Source: a virus (taxonomy: Duplodnaviria > Caudoviricetes). Taken from it: 54,558 nt of DNA. Position 1 is the stretch's first letter. Every line of letters starts with the position of its first letter. Under the pieces are notes generated by a model. It was not told the origin of the DNA. It saw only the letters and a program-made list of their open reading frames with translations, and made no database searches. Positions 1 through 7,408 of this stretch are shown here, piece by piece. The DNA is taken from positions 1-54,558 of the IMG/VR virus record IMGVR_UViG_3300027974_000045; one strand, 5' to 3'. The position numbers and the translations under genes were made by a program.

Positions 1-24
1 GTCAGGGGCGGGGGGGCGGGGGCA
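1..24. repeat. 24-bp direct terminal repeat (circular assembly overlap)
   Basis: gtcaggggcgggggggcgggggca at 1-24 is identical to 54535-54558; the primase reading frame continues across the join. Confidence 0.95.
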
Positions 25-1088
25 TTTACCGGGTAAATGGGTGTCGGGGTGGGGAGGACCTGCGGCTCACCCTTCGAGGTTCCGAGGGTGATGGGTGATG
101 TGATCTTGCCGTTGTGCGGGCAGGCCGCGCAGATGGCTGGCTGGAAGTCCGACAGCTTGCGGCAGGTGGTGGGATTGAACCGCTTGACCTGCGCCACCTT
201 GGCTGTCGTCTCGGCCTGATTGTACTCAGGGTGCCCGGCCGACCAAGCGTGGCAGACATCCTCGCCCTCCTCAGTGAAGGCGATAACGCCAAGCCCGTGG
301 AACCACGTGGGCTGGTCGACGTTCCCGGCTGTGTCCCGCAACAGGCGGATGACACCGCAGTGCTCGGCGACGACATGGGCCGACGACGGCGGGTAGTCAG
401 GCGTGGAGATCAGGTCCGCGTTTATGTTGGGGACGCCGGCCGACGAGCCCTTCAGGACAGGGACGTCAGTGACGTAGGCCACCAGCGCCTTGTGGAAGTC
501 CTCGCGGGTGGCGACAGGGCCGCCCCGCAGCAGCGTGACAGCGCGTCGGCCGCCGCCCTTGTAGTTGTGAGTGCCCGGCATCCGCAGGACGCTGGCGCTG
601 TCAGAGGTACGCGACGGGTCGGCCGCGAGGCCCCACTGTTTGCAGGCTGCCTTGAGCAGCGACGAGGTCTCGAGCCATACGCCCGGCAGCATGTCTGACC
701 ACATGGGCCAGTAGGCGTGGACGCCATAGCCTGATGACACCAGCCATGGGGCAGGCAGGCCGAGGTCGGCGCAGAAGCGCGTCAGCTCACGGACGGCCTC
801 CTTGCGGTCGGCGTATGCCTCGCGTGGCTTGCTCTCGCGTGTGTCGATGTCCAGCCAGAAGGCCCGCACCGCAGCCACGTTGGCCTGCTTGCGTCCGCCG
901 TTCGCCGAGGCAAACGTGGACAGGGCGTAGTAGGCATCGACGGCCCGGCTGTCGAGGCGGGCGGCTGACCGCTCGAGCCACGCGTTGTCGGGCCCGAACA
1001 CATTTGTAAACCGGCCCGCCGCCAGCGCTCCAGCGCAGCGGATGCCCGCCGTGGGTAGCACGGCGTCGAGGAAATCTTGAACTTGCAT
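1..1088 (-). CDS. N-terminal part of primase-helicase (RepB-like AEP primase plus PriCT-2-like region); continues across the origin
   Basis: Manual translation from ATG 1088: MQVQDFLDAVLP...RAFWLDID...LVSSGYGVHAYWP...CAACPHNGKITSPITLG. RBS GGGAGAG upstream. In frame with ORF 52740..54509; about 960 aa in total. Absent from the ORF track because it runs off the edge. Confidence 0.85.
   Translation of the reverse strand, partial: MQVQDFLDAVLPTAGIRCAGALAAGRFTNVFGPDNAWLERSAARLDSRAVDAYYALSTFASANGGRKQANVAAVRAFWLDIDTRESKPREAYADRKEAVRELTRFCADLGLPAPWLVSSGYGVHAYWPMWSDMLPGVWLETSSLLKAACKQWGLAADPSRTSDSASVLRMPGTHNYKGGGRRAVTLLRGGPVATREDFHKALVAYVTDVPVLKGSSAGVPNINADLISTPDYPPSSAHVVAEHCGVIRLLRDTAGNVDQPTWFHGLGVIAFTEEGEDVCHAWSAGHPEYNQAETTAKVAQVKRFNPTTCRKLSDFQPAICAACPHNGKITSPITLGTSKGEPQVLPTPTPIYPVNAPAPPPL
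24..38. promoter_or_regulatory. 15-bp palindrome, copy inside the primase CDS
   Basis: atttaccgggtaaat, encoding IYPVN in the Pro-rich linker. Confidence 0.7.
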
Positions 1089-1119
1089 TGGTGGTGTCGC
1101 TCTCCCAAACGCTACCTGA

Positions 1120-1380
1120 TCAGGGCTGCTTGTATCTCCGCAAAACCCCGTCGATCCGACGCCGACGCTCGAGGCGGGGCATGTCTTTCGGGGCGGGCAG
1201 TTCTCCAGCTTCTACTGCCCGACGCACCGCGTCAAGGAACCTGTCGACCTCAGCCGCATGCAATGCATGCGGCTGAGTGTGACCGTTGAGCCACGCACTG
1301 GCTGTCGCCCGCGTGACCGCGAGGTGGCGCGTGATGTCGTTGGGCTGTAGCCCCGCGCTCTCAAGGGTCTCGACAAGCAT
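1120..1380 (-). CDS. XRE/Cro-like helix-turn-helix regulator
   Basis: LQPNDITRHLAVTRATASAWLNG fits the Cro/XRE HTH pattern; directly upstream of the primase. Confidence 0.7.
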   Translation of the reverse strand: MLVETLESAGLQPNDITRHLAVTRATASAWLNGHTQPHALHAAEVDRFLDAVRRAVEAGELPAPKDMPRLERRRRIDGVLRRYKQP

Positions 1381-1383
1381 GGC

Positions 1384-2358
1384 CTAGTCGTCGTCCAGCA
1401 TGGCGAGGATGGCGTCGAGGGAGGCGTCGGCTTCCTCCAGAACGCTACGCTCGGCCTTGGCGCGGACCGCCGGGGCCTCGGCCTTGACCGGGGCTTCATC
1501 CTCGGGCTCGGGCTCGGGCTCGGGGGCAGGCTTGGGCTTCGCGGCCACCTTCGCCTTGGCCGGGACAGGCTCGGCCACCTTGGCAGCGCGCTCAGGCCGG
1601 GGCCCAAGCTCGTCCACGCTGGCGGCCGTGTCGGTGCCGCCGTCGCCTTGCTCGATCATGGTGATCTGCCGCACGGTCTCGGACGACGCCAGCTCGTCGA
1701 CGGCGTCAGCCTCCGCCTCGGCCAGCCAGTTCAGGGCCTTAAAGGTCAGGGACGGGTACGCCACGGTGTGGTCGAACCCGATGCGCGTGACCACCGCCTG
1801 ATAGGGTGCGCCGCGCCTGTTGAGCAGCTCGGCGTAGGTGGACAGCCCCTTCAGGCTGGCAGCCGGGACACGCAGCAGCATGGACCGGGTCAGGTCGTCG
1901 GCCGGGGCCACGGCCAGACGGCGGCTGTCGGAGCATGCCTTGCCCTTGGACCCCATCTCCGTGATCTTGGAGCCCCACTGGTTGTGGGGGCAGATGGCGC
2001 ACTTGCCGGCCTGCGGGTCGCTGGCGTCAGCGGCGGGCTTCACGCTGTCGTTCGAGTAGCAGGCAGGCTTCTCGTTGGACCCCTCGCTGTAGCCGTCCGG
2101 GTAGTAGACCTTGGACAGGACGCCGTTGGCCTTCAGGATGACCACGTCCAGCGACGCGCGGGGCTCGCCCTCGTCGTTCATCACCAGCTCGCGGTTGCCG
2201 CTCTCGACCACGTGCCAGACCTTCCCCTTGTACGAGATGATCGGGTAGCCAAGGCCGACGCCGCCGGACAGGTCAGCGTTGCCGCCCCCCTGCGCGTGGC
2301 GCTTGCGGATGTGTGCCGGCACGTTGCCGTTATCTTCGAATGGAATGATGTTGCCCAT
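1384..2358 (-). CDS. Probable ssDNA-binding/replication protein with Cys cluster and acidic tail
   Basis: Start taken at MGNIIPF (2358); CYS...CAICPHNQWGS...KACS; Pro/Ala/Glu linker; ends LDDD; replication-module context. Confidence 0.55.
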   Translation of the reverse strand: MGNIIPFEDNGNVPAHIRKRHAQGGGNADLSGGVGLGYPIISYKGKVWHVVESGNRELVMNDEGEPRASLDVVILKANGVLSKVYYPDGYSEGSNEKPACYSNDSVKPAADASDPQAGKCAICPHNQWGSKITEMGSKGKACSDSRRLAVAPADDLTRSMLLRVPAASLKGLSTYAELLNRRGAPYQAVVTRIGFDHTVAYPSLTFKALNWLAEAEADAVDELASSETVRQITMIEQGDGGTDTAASVDELGPRPERAAKVAEPVPAKAKVAAKPKPAPEPEPEPEDEAPVKAEAPAVRAKAERSVLEEADASLDAILAMLDDD

Positions 2359-2362
2359 GGGC

Positions 2363-2737
2363 TTAGGACCTTCTGACGTTAAGGGTGATCTCTTCACGAT
2401 AGTTCACGCCCGGGGGCAGATCATCGTGTTCTTCTCGGAAGGCCACGACGGCCTCCTTGCTGACGCGGCGCTCGAGCATTTCCCACGCGCGGTTCTCGAC
2501 GATGAACCCGAGCGTGGCCTCCCAGTCCGCCACTGTGGCGGACGTGCGCACCGACTTGTAGGCGGTGCCGCTGTCGGTGCGGGCGCTCTCGATGCCCTGC
2601 TTGCCGAACTCCTGCAGGATCAGCGCTTCGATCTTGTCCATGGGACCTTCGAGCAACGCCGCCTTTTCCTTGAACTGTTTTGCCAGCGCCGCCTTGGCGT
2701 CACGCAGCTTGATGTACTTCTCCACGAGGTCTTTCAT
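2363..2737 (-). CDS. Conserved-type replication-module protein, function unknown
   Basis: RBS AAGGAG, N-terminal coiled coil, LPPGV C-terminal motif. Confidence 0.7.
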   Translation of the reverse strand: MKDLVEKYIKLRDAKAALAKQFKEKAALLEGPMDKIEALILQEFGKQGIESARTDSGTAYKSVRTSATVADWEATLGFIVENRAWEMLERRVSKEAVVAFREEHDDLPPGVNYREEITLNVRRS

Positions 2738-2758
2738 TGGGCTCTCCTTATGTCAAGC

Positions 2759-2786
2759 AGTTTACACTTTTGGGGGCAGGTGTCAA
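2759..2786 (-). promoter_or_regulatory. Sigma70-type promoter for the SSB/HTH/primase genes
   Basis: TTGACA-N16-TAAACT on the minus strand. Confidence 0.55.
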
Positions 2787-4324
2787 CCATGCACCGCCTC
2801 CAGAAGCAGCCCTTGCATCGACTGTTTCTGGCGGAGGCGCTGGTAGATTTTCCGTTCCACCGGGCTGCCGCTGACGTTGACGATCAGCTGGCTGTGCTTC
2901 TGGCCGGGCCGCGAGATGCGGGCGTTGGCCTGCTGGTAGGTCTCGTTGCTGGTGACCGGCGCATACCACAAGATGGTGGACGCAGCGGTCAGGGTCAGGC
3001 CATGGGACATGGCGGCTGGTTGTGCCACCAGTACGCGCGGCCCGCTCTTGTCGTTCTGGAACGCGCTGAAGACGGCGTCCCGGTCGGACTTGCTGACGTC
3101 GCCGCTGATCACGCAGACCTCGTAGTCTGCGCTCAGCTGCTCGGCCACGCGCCGGAGCACGCTCTTGTAGGGGACGAACACGATGGTCTTGGTGCCCGCC
3201 TCCTCGATGGCCTCACGGACCACGGCGATCCGGTGGTCGTTGTCGAGGATGACCTCCTCGCCGTCGGTCCCGTACACCACGCCGCAGGCGATCTGCACCA
3301 GCTTGGACATCTTGACCGCCTCGTTGACGGCCACGACTTGGCTGGTCCCCAGCTCCATCACCAGCTTGGCCGCCATGGTCTTGTAGGCGAGGGCCTGCTC
3401 CTTGGTCATGGGCACCTCCCGCTCGACATAGACGCACTCGGGCAGGTCGATGCAGTCATCCATGGTGAACCGGATGGCAGGCTGCATGGCGTCATGCACG
3501 ATGGTCGTGGCGTCATCCCGGGCGACGGTCTTGAAGGGGCCCAGCTTGCGGGTGACGGCGTCCTGAAACCGGCCGAAGAACTTCGGCACCCGCTCGGGCG
3601 AGATGATGCGGCACTGGGCCCAAGCATCCGTGGGTGCGTTGGGTGTCGGCGTGCCGGTCAGGCCCCACAGCCGCTCGCGGCCACGGCACACGGCGTTGAG
3701 TGACCGCCAACGCCCGGTGCGGGCGTTGCGGAACGACGCGATCTCGTCGATGACGATGGTGTCGATGTCAGTGCGGGCGACCAGTGCGTCCTGCATGACC
3801 TTCACCCCGTCATGATTTATCAGGTAAATGTCGGCGTCTAGGTCGAGCATCTTCTGACGGCGGGCCGATGCCCCGTGAAGCACGGACGTCTGCAGGTGAG
3901 GGAAGTGACGGAACACCTCGTCCGCCCACGTGCGCTCCAGCGTGGACAGGGGCGAGATGACCAGCATCTTGCTCGCCATCCCGATGGACCGCAGGTAGTC
4001 GAACGCCCACAGGGTGGACAGGGTCTTGCCGGTCCCCATGTCCGACAGGACGAAGGCGCGGGGGTTGAGGCTCAGGAACCCTGCCGTCTCACGCTGTGCA
4101 TGGAACGGCTTGTACTCGCCGGACCAGTCATAGTGGTACTCGGTCGGCGACGGCGCGTTGATGCCAAGGTTCCGCAGCACCCGGGTCTCGGCCACGTTGT
4201 GGGGGACAGAGACCATGGTCATGCCGTGGTAGTCGAACGCCTTGGCCGACGGGATGACGGTCGTCACCCGGGCCGGGTCCTTCAGCTTGAGCACCAGCTT
4301 CTGGCTCTTGCGGGAGATGATCAC
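2783..4324 (-). CDS. SNF2-family (SF2) helicase
   Basis: DMGTGKT, VIDE, LTGTP, HGLTLT, QANARISRPGQ; GTG start at 4324 overlaps the upstream stop. Confidence 0.92.
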   Translation of the reverse strand: MIISRKSQKLVLKLKDPARVTTVIPSAKAFDYHGMTMVSVPHNVAETRVLRNLGINAPSPTEYHYDWSGEYKPFHAQRETAGFLSLNPRAFVLSDMGTGKTLSTLWAFDYLRSIGMASKMLVISPLSTLERTWADEVFRHFPHLQTSVLHGASARRQKMLDLDADIYLINHDGVKVMQDALVARTDIDTIVIDEIASFRNARTGRWRSLNAVCRGRERLWGLTGTPTPNAPTDAWAQCRIISPERVPKFFGRFQDAVTRKLGPFKTVARDDATTIVHDAMQPAIRFTMDDCIDLPECVYVEREVPMTKEQALAYKTMAAKLVMELGTSQVVAVNEAVKMSKLVQIACGVVYGTDGEEVILDNDHRIAVVREAIEEAGTKTIVFVPYKSVLRRVAEQLSADYEVCVISGDVSKSDRDAVFSAFQNDKSGPRVLVAQPAAMSHGLTLTAASTILWYAPVTSNETYQQANARISRPGQKHSQLIVNVSGSPVERKIYQRLRQKQSMQGLLLEAVHG

Positions 4325-4527
4325 TTGGAGCACAGCGCCTTCCACGCGGCGTTGTGCGCGACAGCCTGCTTCTGGGTGTCGACGGTGTCATCCTTCGACC
4401 AGTAGATCGGCTTGAACGCCACGCACATGGCGGACGGCGGCTCAGTCTCGACGGAAGCCGTCGTCTTGCACGCTGCCATCAGGAGCAAGGCCAGCCCCGC
4501 CAGCAGCCACGTTGCGTTCCGCATCAT
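4321..4527 (-). CDS. o-spanin (Rz1-like lipoprotein)
   Basis: MMRNATWLLAGLALLLMAAC signal with lipobox; two further Cys; overlaps the i-spanin 3' end in another frame. Confidence 0.75.
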   Translation of the reverse strand: MMRNATWLLAGLALLLMAACKTTASVETEPPSAMCVAFKPIYWSKDDTVDTQKQAVAHNAAWKALCSK

Positions 4528-4684
4528 CCCGAGCTTGTACGGCGATCGTGAGGTCATTGACTGTCTCCTGAAGTGTGGCTGCCGACTGCTCGGCTCTGCC
4601 TGCGTTGATGAGCTGTCGCTCTTGGAAGGCCGCGGCGACGGCGGCCAGAAGTTTGACGACGGTGGCGATGAAGCTAGTCCACAT
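4442..4684 (-). CDS. i-spanin (Rz-like)
   Basis: N-terminal hydrophobic anchor, helical periplasmic part, ends DDGFRRD; overlapped by the lipoprotein gene. Confidence 0.7.
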   Translation of the reverse strand: MWTSFIATVVKLLAAVAAAFQERQLINAGRAEQSAATLQETVNDLTIAVQARDDAERNVAAGGAGLAPDGSVQDDGFRRD

Positions 4685-4976
4685 GGAACCCGACCTCCTT
4701 GAAGGCAGCGATGACCTGATCGACGCTCTCGGCCACCATGGCCAGCGAGCCCGCCTGCATGATGGCTTCCAGCTGCCGCTGCTGCAGGGGTGTGACGGTG
4801 CGGCTCTTGCCCGGGGCTTTCACCTCGATGGCAAACATCTGCCCGCGAACGCACCCCACAATGTCGGGCACGCCATGGGACGAGTAGGCCCCGCCGATAG
4901 GCTGGCAGTACCACACCGCCGGGATGCTGGCGAGGTAGGCCCTGATCTTGGTCTTGACCTTGGCTTCCGGGGTCAT
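4674..4976 (-). CDS. VRR-NUC domain nuclease (resolvase-like)
   Basis: TPEAKVK...GVPDIV...AIEVKAPG...TPLQ. Confidence 0.9.
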   Translation of the reverse strand: MTPEAKVKTKIRAYLASIPAVWYCQPIGGAYSSHGVPDIVGCVRGQMFAIEVKAPGKSRTVTPLQQRQLEAIMQAGSLAMVAESVDQVIAAFKEVGFHVD

Positions 4977-5356
4977 CGGACGACCAGCTTCGGCAGAAGG
5001 CGGATCAGGTCGTGCATGGCGCGGGGGCCGAAGCGCGGGATTTCCACCAGTATTGAGGTGATCTCGTCAGGCTCCAGTCCCTTGAACCGCATGAGCGGGA
5101 TACCCGCACGCTCGAGCGCCGCCGCCGTGCGTGGCTGCAGCTGCTGGTGCGCCTTGATGAACTCGGGGTCGTTCCCACCCACCAGCTCGGGCAGGCGTCT
5201 CTTGTACTCGCGAGCTGAGGACAGGAGCTTGTTCACCCGGTCGATGGACAGGTCCATCTTGAGGGCGACCTGCTCTTTCGTCAGGCCGAGGGATATGTAC
5301 TGAAGGACCTGCATGTCCTTTCGTTGAATGAAGCGGGCCACGGTTATTCTCCACAA
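4973..5356 (-). CDS. HTH protein with RNA-polymerase alpha-CTD-like C-terminus
   Basis: GLTKEQVALKMDLSIDRV (LuxR/sigma4-like HTH) plus RTAAALERAGI...IPRFGPRAMHDLIRLL; start may be 5314. Confidence 0.55.
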   Translation of the reverse strand: MWRITVARFIQRKDMQVLQYISLGLTKEQVALKMDLSIDRVNKLLSSAREYKRRLPELVGGNDPEFIKAHQQLQPRTAAALERAGIPLMRFKGLEPDEITSILVEIPRFGPRAMHDLIRLLPKLVVR

Positions 5357-6012
5357 TGTTCACAAAGATGCTTACCCACAGGGCAGTATGCCCTGCACAG
5401 TCCAGACGGCTTGGGGGGATAGTTGTTGTCTCGAGCGGCGATCTCCAGCCGCTGCACACGGGGGGCGAAGTGCTGCCAGATGTCGGGCAGCTCTTCGCGG
5501 GTAAAGGTCTCGGGCGTAGTGGTGCCGTCCTTCAGCCAGACGAACGCGCTGACCACCTTGTCGATCTTGGGGTTGAGCTGCATGGTGATCCCGGCCGTCA
5601 GCTTCAGCTGCGCGGAGGCAGGCGTGGGCCGGCCGGTCTTCCAGTCCCCGATGAACGCCTTGTTCCCCTTGAAGATCGTGAAGTCCGTGATAGCACGCAC
5701 CCACACATCCTTGGCGAACCACGACGTCGCGCCGAAGTTTGCGGTCATGGCCATCTGCTGCTCGCTGACCAGCTTGCCACCCTTGGCCCGGGCGATGACC
5801 GACGCAGCGAGGGGCTCGTACTCCTTGAGGGTGTCGGGCAGGGGGGTGTGCCCGGTCAGCCGCTTGTCGAGGGCTTGGTGAACCCTGTTGCCCCACGTCA
5901 TGGCGTCCGAGGGTTTCTCGGTCACCTGCTTGCTGACCTTGATCAGGTAGTGGCGACGGGGGCAGGTCTCGAAGCTGTCGAGGACGGAGTAGGACCACGC
6001 AATGCGGCTCAT
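5344..6012 (-). CDS. PD-(D/E)XK exonuclease (RecB/Cas4-like)
   Basis: Start MSRIAWSYS; CPRRHY, WGNRVH, D...IGDWKTG, QL, and C-terminal LCRAYCPV..C. Confidence 0.85.
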   Translation of the reverse strand: MSRIAWSYSVLDSFETCPRRHYLIKVSKQVTEKPSDAMTWGNRVHQALDKRLTGHTPLPDTLKEYEPLAASVIARAKGGKLVSEQQMAMTANFGATSWFAKDVWVRAITDFTIFKGNKAFIGDWKTGRPTPASAQLKLTAGITMQLNPKIDKVVSAFVWLKDGTTTPETFTREELPDIWQHFAPRVQRLEIAARDNNYPPKPSGLCRAYCPVGKHLCEHCGE

Positions 6013-6230
6013 TGTTTCAGCTCTTTCGCGGCTCGCCTGATCTGGCCGAGCAGGTTCATGTATGACCTGTCGCCCACGCTTTTGGAGAGGCGGGGGTTCA
6101 TCGGTAAGATGCCCACCAGCCGGCCGGCAGGCACCACGGCGCGGTGCCTGCTCTTGGCAGTGATCTCCCACGGCAGGCCGGTCGCGTCCAGCTCTGCTCG
6201 TAGGTTGTCAGGTATTCGGAGTGCGCTCAT
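6009..6230 (-). CDS. Hypothetical protein
   Basis: Overlapping neighbours in a tightly packed operon. Confidence 0.6.
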   Translation of the reverse strand: MSALRIPDNLRAELDATGLPWEITAKSRHRAVVPAGRLVGILPMNPRLSKSVGDRSYMNLLGQIRRAAKELKQ

Positions 6231-6546
6231 TGGCTGCCTCTGCTTTCTTTTTGGCTCGGTGACGGCGCATGTACAGGGTGCGCCTCATGGTCTCAAAGTC
6301 TTGTAGCTCAGCCTTCATGCGCACAATCCGTGTCTTACGACGGACGCGCACCTGCACTTCTGTAACCCGCCAAAGCTCGGCGGTGATAACCTTGACACTA
6401 CAGGGCTCGAACAAGTAGTGCAACCGTTCCATGGGGACATCCCCATGGCGTAGCTCGTCGCGCACGATGCGCTGCACCCGCCGCCACTGGCCCAGTGGCA
6501 GGGCTGCCATCTGGTCGATGCGGGTCTTAGAGAAGCTCGTAGGCAT
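6208..6546 (-). CDS. Basic hypothetical protein
   Basis: Start MPTSFSK at 6546 with GGAGGAGG RBS. Confidence 0.6.
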   Translation of the reverse strand: MPTSFSKTRIDQMAALPLGQWRRVQRIVRDELRHGDVPMERLHYLFEPCSVKVITAELWRVTEVQVRVRRKTRIVRMKAELQDFETMRRTLYMRRHRAKKKAEAANERTPNT

Positions 6547-6958
6547 CCACCCCTCCTCCACAGGAAGTGTCCAGCTCGCTGGCAATCTCGACCGCCCGGC
6601 GGGCGTCAGCCCCGGCAGCCATGGCCCCGAGCGCGAAGTCCCGGCCGACCCCGTCAGCGAAGTGTACACCCAGCGGGAACACGGCAGGGATATGTACACC
6701 GCAGTAGTGCAGGATACACACCCGGGTGACGACGGTGAGGGCGCACCAGTTCTCCTCGCCGGGCTGCTTGGGCCAGTCGGCCGGCTCACCACCGCCACGC
6801 ATCCAGTGCATGAGCATGTGGCCGTAGACGAGGTCGCCGGCGAACGCGACGAGGTTGTTCCCCATCCGGTCGATCTTGGTGACCTTGCGGATGAGGTTGC
6901 CGCTCGTGCCTTGGCGGTCGGCGGCGAGGGTCTTGCCGTCCCATGCGATGACGGTCAT
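6527..6958 (-). CDS. HslV/proteasome-beta-like Ntn peptidase
   Basis: MTVIAWDGKTLAADRQ (Thr exposed after Met removal), KI, AFAGD, GVGRDFALGAM, D..CGG. Confidence 0.75.
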   Translation of the reverse strand: MTVIAWDGKTLAADRQGTSGNLIRKVTKIDRMGNNLVAFAGDLVYGHMLMHWMRGGGEPADWPKQPGEENWCALTVVTRVCILHYCGVHIPAVFPLGVHFADGVGRDFALGAMAAGADARRAVEIASELDTSCGGGVDAYELL

Positions 6959-6988
6959 GCGGGCGTGCCTCTCTCGGGGTTGGTTGGG

Positions 6989-7405
6989 TCAGTCATAGGC
7001 AAGCTCCTTCAGTTGCGTGAGGCACCAGTCGTCGGCCTCCATGGCGTAGGGGAAACTGAGTGTGATCTTCACCCAGAGCAGGGCCGCCTCACGGCGGAGG
7101 CGACGCAGGCTCAGCCAGAAGTTCAAGGCGAGAAACCCTGCGATGGCAACCACCGCGCCGACAAGGCCGGCGGCCCCGCCCCAGTGGACGCGGGTCACAC
7201 CTTGCTGCTCCAGTGTCGCCAGACAGATCAACGTCACAGACAGTCCGCCGAACAGAAGGCCGACAAGGGATAGCGCTTGACGCGCTGCCAGTTGCGTGTG
7301 ACCCGCCCTGTCAATCATGCGGAACACAGGCTTGTACACCTCGTCCTGCAGCCTGTTAAACCGTGCCGCGTCCCGCTGCGTGACGTAGTGCCCCACCATG
7401 TCCAT
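6989..7405 (-). CDS. Hypothetical membrane protein (2 TM)
   Basis: Two hydrophobic segments; GAGGAG RBS. Confidence 0.6.
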   Translation of the reverse strand: MDMVGHYVTQRDAARFNRLQDEVYKPVFRMIDRAGHTQLAARQALSLVGLLFGGLSVTLICLATLEQQGVTRVHWGGAAGLVGAVVAIAGFLALNFWLSLRRLRREAALLWVKITLSFPYAMEADDWCLTQLKELAYD

Positions 7406-7408
7406 CGC

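Noticed and set aside
1-24. Biological terminal repeat or att site
   Set aside because: It lies mid-CDS in the primase gene, which reads through; best explained as assembler circular overlap.
1-1088. Primase pseudogene or missing N-terminus
   Set aside because: The frame is open and joins 52740..54558 across the origin.
1501-1524. ctcggg tandem repeat as a contingency locus
   Set aside because: In-frame hexamer encoding a PEPEPE linker.
3815-3829. Eleventh palindrome copy atttatcaggtaaat
   Set aside because: Two mismatches and encodes the helicase IYLIN segment; may be chance, so not counted.
5344-6012. cas4 as evidence of a CRISPR system
   Set aside because: Solo Cas4/RecB-like nucleases are common in phage replication modules.
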